A stretch of DNA of 64,000 nt from Octopus bimaculoides (taxonomy: Eukaryota), in assembly GCF_001194135.2 (NCBI RefSeq), contig NC_068987.1, positions 5,258,577 through 5,322,576 of the forward strand. Reading direction: 5' to 3'. Positions 10,472 to 21,880 of this stretch are shown here, in pieces. Under the pieces are notes generated by a model. It was not told where the DNA came from and made no database searches. It saw nothing but the letters and a program-made list of their open reading frames with translations. The position numbers and the translations under genes were made by a program. Each line of letters opens with the position of its first letter. Position 1 is the first letter of the stretch.

Positions 10472-13400
10472 CATACACAAAGTATGGGGGTTTAGTTCAC
10501 AGGTGATCTAAACGATTAGGTACGCTATGTAAGTGCTGTAATGGATTACTAGGGCTCCAAGGTTATAGCCGGGACGGTAGTTATGGAGCCATTGCAGATT
10601 TCCGATGCAGCGGATATATAATTGTTAGAGAGGACACCAAACATTAAGGCAAGGCAAACATTGAGATGGCATTCAACACATTCTTCAGGTGTTATATATA
10701 TAATTTAATAACTGTTTGACTTGGCTCCATGTAATATAACTTGTTTCATCAAATAGACCTATTTTATCAGGCATGTAGTAGAGAGATGCCCGTTGAGATT
10801 GATTCATTGTGTAAGCCTAGGATACTTTAAAATGCATGGAGCTAAGCCGAACTGTTATTTTATATGTCATCATCATCATCATCATCATCATCATTTAACG
10901 TCCACCTTCCATGCTAGCATGGGTGGGACAGTTTCACAAGTCTGCCAGGCAGAAGCCTGCAACAGACTTCTGTGACTGTTTTGGCAGGATTTTTACATCT
11001 TCCTGACACCAACCACTCAGCAGAGTGGACTTAATGCTTTTTACGTGGCACAAGCACAGGCGAGGTCAGTTTTGGCAAGGTTTTTACTGCTGGATGCCCT
11101 TCCAAATGCCAACCAGTTTACAGTGAGGGGTAGGTGCTTTTAAGTGGCACATGCACTGACAGGGTCACCAAGTAACTTGCAAGACAAAAACAAAATATAA
11201 ATTTATAAAACCAGATAGAATACATACACACACAACTATACATACACACATTAGGCAGAATGATCAAAACATTGGTAGAAATACCTTGTGGTATCTATTC
11301 TGGCACCTTGTGTTCTTAGTTCAAATCCCACTGCTGCAGACTTAATCCACTTCCTGGTTTTACACCCACACCCTCCTTTAGTACAGACCACTCTGTTGTA
11401 CCTGAACCTGTTCTCTGGTCCAGGGATCCCTTTTCCATCTCTCTTATCAGTCTCAAAGACCCAGTAAAGTGTCATGAACACTGCCCTTCTTTTCTGAGAG
11501 ATATGAACTCTGTGTGTGTGTGTGTGTGTTTTGAGATTTGGGGTTCAGTCCCACTGCATGGCACCTTAGGCAAGTGTCTTCTATTATAACCTTGGACTGA
11601 TCAATACTGTGTGAGTATATTTGGTTGATGGAAACTGTGTGGAAGCCTGTTGCCTGTATAGGTGTATGTGTGTGTGTGTTTGTGTTGGTTTATGGCCTTA
11701 TGATGTAGCAGTTCAGCAAATCAGACCAATGGAATAAGTACCAGACTTGGAAAAAAAAAATAAAAAAGAACCATAAGTACTTGGTTCAATTATTTCTTCA
11801 GCTAAATCCCTTCAAGGCTGTGCTCCAGCAAGGCTGCAGTCCAATGACTGAAACAAGTAACACACAAAAGGGTAACAGATATCTGAGCAACCATTAATCC
11901 AGAAACATATGTATGTGCAGGCGTGGCTATGTGGTATGAAGCTTGGTTTCCAATCACATAGTTCTGGGTTCAGTTCCACTGCATGGTACCTTGGGCAAGT
12001 GTCTTCTACTATTGCCTCGGGCCGACCAAAGCCTTGTGAGTGGATTTGGTAGACAAAAACTGAAAGAAGCCCAGCATATATATATATATATGCCAGATAG
12101 TGGCAGAGGTGAGAGAATATATCCTATATATANNNNNNNNNNNNNNNNNNNNNNNNNNNNNNNNNNNNNNNNNNNNNNNNNNNNNNNNNNNNNNNNNNNN
12201 NNNNNNNNNNNNNNNNNNNNNNNNNNNNNNNNNNNNNNNNNNNNNNNNNNNNNNNNNNNNNNNNNNNNNNNNNNNNNNNNNNNNNNNNNNNNNNNNNNNN
12301 NNNNNNNNNNNNNNNNNNNNNNNNNNNNNNNNNNNNNNNNNNNNNNNNNNNNNNNNNNNNNNNNNNNNNNNNNNNNNNNNNNNNNNNNNNNNNNNNNNNN
12401 NNNNNNNNNNNNNNNNNNNNNNNNNNNNNNNNNNNNNNNNNNNNNNNNNNNNNNNNNNNNNNNNNNNNNNNNNNNNNNNNNNNNNNNNNNNNNNNNNNNN
12501 NNNNNNNNNNNNNNNNNNNNNNNNNNNNNNNNNNNNNNNNNNNNNNNNNNNNNNNNNNNNNNNNNNNNNNNNNNNNNNNNNNNNNNNNNNNNNNNNNNNN
12601 NNNNNNNNNNNNNNNNNNNNNNNNNNNNNNNNNNNNNNNNNNNNNNNNNNNNNNNNNNNNNNNNNNNNNNNNNNNNNNNNNNNNNNNNNNNNNNNNNNNN
12701 NNNNNNNNNNNNNNNNNNNNNNNNNNNNNNNNNNNNNNNNNNNNNNNNNNNNNNNNNNNNNNNNNNNNNNNNNNNNNNNNNNNNNNNNNNNNNNNNNTAT
12801 ATATATATATATGTCTCTGTGTCTGCAAGTATTTCCCGGAGTAGAAAGTGCTAGGTTATTTTTAAACTTTATATGAAGAGTTAATGGTTAAGGGAAGTAA
12901 CTTACTTTATAAAGACTCAAGAACTTTGCCTATGTCGGATGCTAAACTTTGGATTTCACAAATAGATACATGTATAAGGTGTTATTGTTTTAGATATATT
13001 TTGTGTATATTAGATAAAAACATCAACGAATTTAATATATTTATAGCATGATTTTGCTTGTTTTGAAAAATGATTAAATGTAAGGGTTATATGAATGTAT
13101 GAAAATATTAATTAAATTATATATATATGATGTAAAATATTAATTAGTAGTTTAAAGTGGAGGCTAGCTGGTATAAAGTGATGTGTTAAGAGAAAATAAA
13201 TATAGCTACGTAAAGGGAAGTAACTGCGATATCGTCCTAATTGGAAACATTGAGTTGAGGATAAAAATAGAAAGAAGGAGAAAGTGGGACAAGTTTAATT
13301 AAATTATGGTATAGACGGAAATGAATTTGTATTAATTTATTGTGTGACTATTTCAATAGATCAGTTAAAGTAAGAAACGTGTAAACTAATTTTGATTTAG

Positions 13401-13979
13401 CCGGTAAATTTGTTATACAATCAATCCTCAACTCAGGTCGGTTAATAGGTTCTCAGAGACGCAACTAATTTAACAAACGACGTAACGCGGAAAAACATTT
13501 AAAACAAAATTTATTATTTTTTTACATATTTTCATTTGTATTTTATTTGGTTTTCTGCTTCCGTATTGGTTTTTATTTTTTTTAATTTTTATATTTTTAA
13601 ACTTTTATTCGCAGGTGTGGCTTACTTCCCGACCACATGGTTCCGGGTTCAGCCCCACTGCGTGGCACCTTGGGCTAGTGTTTTCCTCGGGTCGACCAGA
13701 GCCTTCTGAACGGATTTGGTAGATGGTAACTGAAAGAAGTGTGTGTGTGCGTGCGTGTGTCTTTTAGTTAGTGTGTTTACGTCCTCATAACGTAGCGGTT
13801 CGGCAAAAGAGAGTCTTTGAGTTAGTAGAAACCATGTCAAATCAGAGTGGAGTCTGTCGTAGCCCCTCACCTTGCCAGCCCTGGTCAAACCATCCGACCA
13901 ATGCCAGCATGGACAACAGACCTTAATTGATGATGATGGTGGGTGGCATCAAAGATGAAATTGTCTTTGGAACCAGTGA

Positions 13980-15037
13980 TCTTCTATATATATAAAAATG
14001 AGAATGTGTGTCTGTCTGTCTGTCTGTCTGTCTGTGTGAATCCCTAAAACTCGAGAACTACGCAACCAATTTCATTCAAATTTTACAGATGCCTTACTTA
14101 GGGTTCCAGTTGTGTTTTAGTCAAATAAATTTTAACTTCTTGCAGAGTTCGAGCCCACAGCAACATAATATCTCCTCCACTATTTAAGTATTACGTGTCA
14201 AAAGTGAAACAAAAACACTCATGTCAAATACTTTCACTTTAAAAATGAAAATATTCTACTAACTGAAACAATCACATTTCGATACTGTAATGACAGATAC
14301 TTTCAGAGAGAGAGAGAGAGAGATGTATATGTATACATATAGATGTATATGTACANNNNNNNNNNNNNNNNNNNNNNNNNNNNNNNNNNNNNNNNNNNNN
14401 NNNNNNNNNNNNNNNNNNNNNNNNNNNNNNNNNNNNNNNNNNNNNNNNNNNNNNNNNNNNNNNNNNNNNNNNNNNNNNNNNNNNNNNNNNNNNNNNNNNN
14501 NNNNNNNNNNNNNNNNNNNNNNNNNNNNNNNNNNNNNNNNNNNNNNNNNNNNNNNNNNNNNNNNNNNNNNNNNNNNNNNNNNNNNNNNNNNNNNNNNNNN
14601 NNNNNNNNNNNNNNNNNNNNNNNNNNNNNNNNNNNNNNNNNNNNNNNNNNNNNNNNNNNNNNNNNNNNNNNNNNNNNNNNNNNNNNNNNNNNNNNNNNNN
14701 NNNNNNNNNNNNNNNNNNNNNNNNNNNNNNNNNNNNNNNNNNNNNNNNNNNNNNNNNNNNNNNNNNNNNNNNNNNNNNNNNNNNNNNNNNNNNNNNNNNN
14801 NNNNNNNNNNNNNNNNNNNNNNNNNNNNNNNNNNNNNNNNNNNNNNNNNNNNNNNNNNNNNNNNNNNNNNNNNNNNNNNNNNNNNNNNNNNNNNNNNNNN
14901 NNNNNNNNNNNNNNNNNNNNNNNNNNNGTAGAAATATGGTATCGTAGCTACTAACAGTTGAGGGTTGCGTAGTCTAGACGGCGTTTTTAGATTTCATTAT
15001 TCTCTTTAACCCGGGCAAAGCCGGGTATTTCTGCTAG
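13980..15037 (+). mobile_element. Non-autonomous Helitron (contains an N-gap)
   Basis: A|TC...CTAG|T insertion; 5' TCTATATATATAAAA plus (GTCT)n; 3' hairpin CCCGG-gcaaag-CCGGG (15010-15025) 9 nt before the terminal CTAG (15034-15037). Confidence 0.75.
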
Positions 15038-15395
15038 TAACTTATAAATCATCATCATCATCATTTAACGTCCGCTTTCTATGCTGGCATGGGTTGGACG
15101 GTTTGACTGAGGACTGGTGAGCCAGAAGGCTGCACCAGGCTCAATCTGATCTGGCAAAGTTTCTACAGCTGGGTGCCCTTCCTAACGCCAACCACCCCGA
15201 GAGTGTAGTGGGTGCTTTTACATGCCACTGGCACAAGGGCCAGTCTGACAGCACTGGCAACGACCAGCTTGTATAAATGATGGTAGTATTGCTAGAGGTT
15301 TGCCAATTTTTGCTGTTGGCTGTGTTTAAATGATTTAACAACACCTTGCGAACATTTGGATTTGGTTTATTAACACCACACAATAGGCGTCTTTC

Positions 15396-15762
15396 AGTTT
15401 AGTATTGTTGTATCTTTGTGTGGTCAAATGTGGTACCTAATAAGTAAGTTGTTTGCTTTTTATGTATGCTCTAAACGTTGTAAACGTGATGTCCGTTATC
15501 CTCCTAATATTCTTTGCAGCTCTTTGTATGTGATGTGTTTATATTTGCGAGTGTGGTGATGGACTGTATTCGATACACTGGTAACTGATAAAAATGGTAG
15601 ACTTGGTAGATGCTACTTCTAAGAATTTATTTGTTTAGAGTCAGATATGTACGTAGCTGGAGTAGTTGTGGAGCAGCCAGGGGAATAGTGGGAGTATACG
15701 ATTGTGATGTCATCAACATATAGCATGTACATTTTGTAGAAGTGTAGAAAGACCAAGCAGGT
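15396..15762 (-). repeat. Exact inverted copy of 5708-6074 (LINE RT fragment)
   Basis: Reverse-complement comparison by eye showed no mismatch over 367 bp. Confidence 0.9.
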
Positions 15763-16893
15763 GCCAAAAAGGATTCTATTTATTGGCTTATTATGGAGAA
15801 CAATCTAAAAAAAACTCTGGCATAATTATCACATGAAGACCAGCCTGACAACTTGATTTCACAGTGAGATACTTGTGACTTGAAATCTGCAGCGTGGCAA
15901 CTCAAGTTCACGTCCTACTACAGTAGATAATAACTGAGTTGATATTTTGATAGACAATGAACTAAATAGGAAGTTTACAGTTGTTTGTGACACTTTGAAC
16001 AAACATTTATCACATTAAAGATTAATCGTAATACAGAAAGGTAAAGTCTCTCTATTTCTTATTGACTCCTTCTCTCTCACTCTCACTCAATATAATGAGT
16101 CATATTACTAAGTGCACCATTCAGAACAGAATATAACAGAGTTCATTGGAAATATCCAGATAGTTGAAGCTTAGCAACAAGGTTATGGTATATATTTTGC
16201 CCCGAACACCACTTTTGCCTTTACTTTTCTCCTGTGCACCCCTTCATTCTGCCAATGGTAATCCCCATTACTTATATTTGTCTCCCACTATTTCCCCACC
16301 TATGTACCTCTGACCTCATCTCTCACACTGTACATTAGAAAAGTCACATGGCCAAGTACATGGGCCTCAGCGACAAAGCTGAAACCTAATTGACACAGTA
16401 TTTGGGAAGTTGCTGTTGATATCTATCACAATGAACAAAGGCATAGGGAACTGTGGTCAGATAAAGCATGGCCGGGGAATTGAAGGGGTTTGTTACAGAG
16501 AGCAGTATTATTCATGCACATTAAAACCCATGAAACAGGATCAACAAAGAAAACAACTGGAGCAGTAGGGGCACAGGTGTTCCTGTATGGTAAGAAGTTT
16601 GCTTGTCAAACATATGGTTCTGAGTTCAGTCTCAATGCGTGGCACCTTGGGCAAGTGTCTTCTACTATAGACCCAAGCCAACCAAAGTCTTTTGAGTGGA
16701 TTTGGTAGGCAGAAACTGAAAGACGCCTATTCTGTGTGTGTGTATATGTATATGTGTGTCTATATATATACATGTATATATATATAAGTATACACATTTC
16801 ATGATGTCCTGTGCCCACATATGCATATATATATGTACGTATAGATGTAAGTATGTACATATACATATGTATATATATATATATATATATATT

Positions 16894-17814
16894 CACGAAG
16901 GGGAGTCAAAAAGTAATGTCATTTTGTTTAGGACAGGTATAATTACCAACACAGGAACATGTACCATACATCAAAATGAAGCTGGTCCTCTGTGGATCAC
17001 ATCCCTACTTCTCAACATAGTCACCGTTTCTCTCAATAGCAATGTTCCACCTTCGAATGAGAATATGTATTCCTGCTCCATAAAATTCTGTTGACTGTTC
17101 TTTGAGCCACTTCTTCACTACAGTTTTCACATCCTCGTCACTGGAATAATATTTGCCTCTCAAGCCCTCTTTCATGGGGCCAAAGAGATGATAGTCTGAA
17201 GGTGCTAAATCTGGTGAATGCAGGCATTGACTCTGTCAGTCTTGCGTTTGGTAGTCAGCTCTCTTGGTACCCAACGGGTACACACTTTTGAAAAGCCAAG
17301 TGATTCGACAATGTTGTAAGCACTTCCATGGCATACTTCATGGATTTTTGCCAACTCATCAAGAGTTAAGCGCCTGTCTTCTCTGATCAGAGCATCTACT
17401 TTTGCTTTATTGGCAGGATTCACAGAAGCAGACGGACAGACAGCCAGAACAGAGTTTATTGGCTACACTCACAGTTCCCACCTTTTCATCTTTTAGACGA
17501 TGGACCCACCTGCATACATGGCTATAATCTAAAGTATTGTTCTCAAAGACATTTTGTAATCGTTGGTGAATGTTCACAGGGGTTTCCCCCTCAGCAACAA
17601 GAAATTCAATCACTGCTCTTTGCTTTTGATGTAACTCTAAGCAGGAAGCCAGTTTGAATTTTTGTTACCAGTCTAAAAACCTGAAAAGTAAGAAACAACA
17701 TAGTCCAGAACGTAAATGATATCATCGTTTATAACTGGGAAAATTTTTAGTTAATTTTATCAAAAACTTCACATGAAATAAAGAAAATGGCATTACTTTT
17801 TGACTCACCCTTGT
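16894..17814 (-). mobile_element. Mariner transposon, internally deleted and frameshifted
   Basis: TIRs GGGGAGTCAAAAAGTAATG / CATTACTTTTTGACTCACCC in TA context. Minus-strand peptides IEFLVAEGETPVNIHQRLQNVF (HTH), WVPREL and SPDLAPSDYHLFGPMKEGLRG...ERNGDYVEK. The catalytic core between RVNAC and SPDL is deleted near 17220. Confidence 0.9.
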
Positions 17815-18093
17815 ATATGTATATATATGTATATGTATATATATATATATGTATATACATATATATATATATATATGCATCAGTTCTTGTCCAGTCAGTG
17901 AAGTTAAGCTATGTTGAACTTAGTTATGACTTAGATGGGTGACTGCTTGGGAAACCTAGGTTCTGTAAGTATTGCACTACGTGGTTCCGGGTTCAGTCCC
18001 ACTGCATGGCACCTTGGACAAGTGTCTTTTTCCATAGCCTTGGGCTGATCAAAGCCTTGTGAGTGGATTTGATTGATGGAAACTGAAACAAGC

Positions 18094-18097
<4 letters not shown>

Positions 18098-18176
<79 letters not shown>
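18098..18176. repeat. (TA)n microsatellite
   Basis: Directly visible. Other runs include (TA)n(GA)n 3600-3665, (ATCT)n 8118-8187, (CA)n 35060-35115 and (ATT)n/(GGT)n 58583-58635. Confidence 0.95.
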
Positions 18177-18178
<2 letters not shown>

Positions 18179-18499
18179 GCGTGTGTGTCTTTGTCTCCCA
18201 TTACTGCTTGGCAGCCGGTGTTGGTGTGTTTATGTCCCTGTAACTTAGCAGTTTGGCAAAAGGGACCAATAAAATAAGTACCAAGCTTCAGAAAAGAATA
18301 ATTAGATCTGGGGTTAATTTAGTCGAGTAAAATTTCTTCATGGCAGTGCCCCAGCATGACCACAGTCTACTGACTGAGACAAGTAAAAGATAACCAATAC
18401 TGACTGGCATGTACCATATATCTATTCCAATGGTTCAGTCAAAACTGCTGTCATGCTGACCTTGAACTTGTGTAGAACCTGACGAGAGGGCAGTATTCT

Positions 18500-18850
18500 T
18501 GCAGAGGAATAACAACAGGCTTAGCTTGGTAAAAGCAGCAAGCATTGCCCCAGTTTGTTCGCTGTCCAGCAATTACTTGAGGGAAGTAAATTCATTCGCC
18601 AAGGTACTGTGCATTAGGATGGGACCTAAAACTGGTGGTTATAAAGTGAATGAACTTCTAAACAACGCAGCCTTGTCTGCACCTGCTGATAGTGCTATCA
18701 ATGATAATAAACGGTTTGCTCTGATATGGGTGTGCACATTTACACCAATGTTAACTAAACTCACCAAGCTTACATACCAGACTCTCCAATCCTTGCCACA
18801 AGAATATGCTTTCACCATCAGCATTACTGTGCATTTACTCAGCAGGTAGT
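18500..18850 (+). mobile_element. Possible very old RTE apurinic-endonuclease remnant
   Basis: GGYKVNELL...SAIND..KRFALIWVCTFTPM loosely parallels GVGFAxxNEL...INxR...ATLISxYAPT. Weak similarity. Confidence 0.3.
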
Positions 18851-19245
18851 TGCACTTCTGTTTTAATCTTCGTAGGATTATCATTAGTACACTAGTAGTA
18901 GTAGTAGTAGTAGTAGTTGCAGTAGTCGTGTTGTGGCCCTCTTGAAAATTTTGATAACAACGTCCAGGGCAATTGATTCTAATAAGCAGGTAATTATAGT
19001 TCATTTTAAATACAGGGTTGGATGGGCGGCCATTAATTTTGATAATGATTACAACTTGAAAACATCCGTGATTATAATAAGTGATTTGTACTCCTTATGT
19101 TTGTCTGTATGTCTGTCTGTCTCTCTCCCTCTCTCTTACACACACTCTCTCTCTATATATATGTGTGTATGTGTATATATATGTATGTATGTGTGTGTAT
19201 ATATATGTATCTATGTGTTTGGATATATATATCCAAACACATATT

Positions 19246-19554
19246 CGTCACTGGAATAATGTTTGCCTCTCAAACCCTGTTTCATGGGGCCGAAGAGATG
19301 ATAGTCCAGTGACGAGGAAGTGAAAACTGTAGTGAAGAAGTGGCTCAAAGAACAGTCAACAGAATTTTACGGGGCAGGGATACATGCTCTCATTTGTAGG
19401 TGGAACATTTCTATTGAAAGAAATGGTGACTATGTTGAGAAGTAGGGATGTGATCCACAGAGGACCAGCTTCATTTTGATGTATGATACATGATCCTGTG
19501 TTGGTAATTTTACCTGTCCTAAACAAAATGGCATCACTTTTTGACTCACCCTCA
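19246..19554 (+). mobile_element. Second mariner fragment (3' end and TIR) with an inverted 5' segment
   Basis: 19307-19554 is the reverse complement of about 16894-17140 and ends in the same TIR plus TA. 19246-19306 is the adjacent transposase segment in the opposite orientation. Confidence 0.85.
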
Positions 19555-20921
19555 TATGTAAAAAAATTGTGTATTCCAGCATCTGTCCTGTTCAGTCATT
19601 GAAATTCCTTAAATTGTATGGGTTTTGTTTTGTTTTTTGTTCTTTTGAAAAAGCGCAAGTTTAACCTACATCTTCTAATTGCAGTGTTTAGCTTTTTCCT
19701 TTTGAAAATCCCATGGGTTGATGTATACTCCATTTTTATGTAACAGAATCTTGATAACAATGCAATGTATACCACTTGTTTTCCCTTAAAATCACAATCA
19801 TTCTCATGTTTCATTTACTGACTAATGTTAACGAATTACTCAAAATGATCTGTATTATTTCCTTTCCTGTGGGACTAGAGTTACACTTGAATTACAGGTG
19901 CATTGAAATAGCCATTGAAGTATTATACTTAATGTATATACAACATTGATAGGCCAGTTACTGCAGTATTTGTCCTGAGATAACATCTCTATCAGAGATA
20001 GGAAAAGTCATCCCAGCAGCAGCAACCAAGGGTGCCAGTTGCATTTTGGTCTCACTGGGCATTCTCAGTGGCACATTGCCATCTCCTTCCAACTCGTCCA
20101 ATCTTTGCCAGCATTGAAGAAGGACATGAAATGGTAGTGATGATGATGATGGTACAGTTAGCCACTTCCTCGGACAAGAATTCGTCATCTGTTATATATT
20201 TTATCATGGTCCTGGGTTCAATCCCACTGCGTGGCACCTTGAGAATGTGTCTTCTACTATAGCCTGGGCCGACCAAAGCCTTGGGAGTGGATTTGGTAGA
20301 CGGAAACTGGAAGAATCCAGTCTATGTGTATATGTATATATATGTGTGTGTGTCCCAATATCACTTGACAACCGATGCTGGTGTGTTTATGTCCCCGCAA
20401 AATGGTTGGCATTAGGAAGAGCATCCAGCCGTAGAAACCATTCCAAAATAGACTGAAGCATAGTATAGCCCCTCTGGCTTGCCAGCTCCTGTTAAACCGT
20501 CCATCCCATGCCAGCATGGAAAACTGACGTTAAATGATGATGTCGTAGTAGCAGTAAAAGACGCATGGGCATATTAGACGCACCCCAATTCCAGCTGTGC
20601 ATATGCAAGGGAAGAGTTTTTAGGGCATTAAACTTTATTAGAGACCCAACTTCGCATACAGAACAATGGGATGATTTCTCGAGACACTTTTTGAAAAAAA
20701 GAGTTTGGCACTTTACTGAGCTTTTTTTTTTTTCCTTCCCTTTTTACCTACTTAATGCCAAGTCATCTCTGATCGAGCGAATGTATCAAAAGCGTTCCAC
20801 CCATGTCCATCCTTTCGTTTTGTATATCAAAAACTACATTGTGTGTTGATGAGGAGGATTTGGCTGTTATTACAGGCAGGTGTTCCTTCAAACAGGTGTG
20901 TCTTGTATTATTTTTAGTGCA

Positions 20922-21130
20922 TAAGGCGGCGAGCTGACAGAGACGTTAGCACGCCGGGCGAAATGCTTAGCGGTATTTCGTCTGTCTTTACGTTCTGAGT
21001 TCAAATTCCACCGAGGTCGACTTTGCCTTTCATCCTTTCGGGGTCGATAAATTAAGTACCAGTGACGTACTGGGGTCGATCTAATCGACTGACCCCTTCC
21101 CCCCAAATTCCGAACCTTGTGCATAGAGTA
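20922..21130 (+). mobile_element. tRNA-headed SINE family B
   Basis: GGCGGCGAGCTGACAGAGACGTTAGCACGCCGGGCGAAATGCTTAGCGG...GAGTTCAAATTCC (B box)...GGGGTCGATAAATTAAGTACCAG. Other copies at about 24755-24990(+), 36280-36480(+), 39905-39990(+), 44938-45157(+), 50731-51118(-, two), 58625-58850(+) and 62425-62572(-). Confidence 0.85.
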
Positions 21131-21273
21131 GAAAAAAAAAATATTTTCAGTGCCTACCGAATAGTTGCAAAGGTTGTGTTGCTAAATGTACCATACTGCC
21201 TAACTCGAAGACTGAACTTCAGTACTAAACTGGAGATGACTGAATGAACATTTACATCCTGCTTCCGTTAATA

Positions 21274-21275
<2 letters not shown>

Positions 21276-21327
<52 letters not shown>
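21276..21327 (+). repeat. 52-nt poly(dA) tract
   Basis: Uninterrupted A run. Confidence 0.95.
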
Positions 21328-21328
<1 letters not shown>

Positions 21329-21539
21329 CGAACCAGTTGTAGAATATTAAACCGACATGAGAAGTATAGAATTTTGTTTTCACCATACAAAAGGTCTCGG
21401 ATGTATAGAGAAATAAACATGAGATGTTGTGAGATTCATGCCTGTTCCAAAGTTAATCAGTGCAAGTGTAGTAGTCGAAGCTGCAGATACGGTTAGGTAT
21501 GGGATTTTTTTACCTCTAAACTGGCCGTTTCTTATCGCT

Positions 21540-21760
21540 GATATAAAATCAAAATGATTTCAAATAAAATAAATAATTTAATATTTCGGCGCGATGGCAT
21601 TGATGGAGACGTTGGAATCAAGTGGAGGAGTCACAGAGTGAACGAACGGCCGCCGGTGTCGACCTTTGCACACTGCTCTCAATTGAAGAAGCACCAGGCC
21701 GAAGAAATCGTGTGCAAAAAATGTCCTACACACGGCACTTAGTTTTCAGCCGAACCCACT
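21540..21760 (+). promoter_or_regulatory. Candidate ZnT1 proximal promoter with two metal-response elements (TGCACAC)
   Basis: CpG-rich, SINE-free island. TGCACAC at 21667-21673 (+) and GTGTGCA at 21710-21716 (-) fit the MRE core TGCRCNC. Near-MRE TACACACGGC at about 21727; Inr-like TTAGTT at about 21739; TATAAAA at 21542. Confidence 0.55.
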
Positions 21761-21880
21761 CTCGCTGGACGTAGTTAAGGGTTTATCTTGCTCTGATATT
21801 TATCTCCAGCGCTATCTTTCAAGTAAATTTTTAAAAACTTATAATTATCTGTGATAATCCAACGTTTTCCTGCTCACAAC
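21740..21880 (+). other. Candidate non-coding first exon (5' UTR) of the ZnT1 gene
   Basis: ATG-free stretch ending at a perfect donor AAC|GTAAGT (21881). The first coding exon has an acceptor 15 nt before its ATG, so an upstream exon is required. The start coordinate is a guess. Confidence 0.45.

Noticed and set aside
11943-12876. Long ORFs of 200-358 aa (also at 14290, 37288, 43634, 45035)
   Set aside because: They are open only because they run through N gaps.
13380-13520. Small CpG-rich patch with GACGTAACGCGG
   Set aside because: No accompanying exon or core-promoter evidence.
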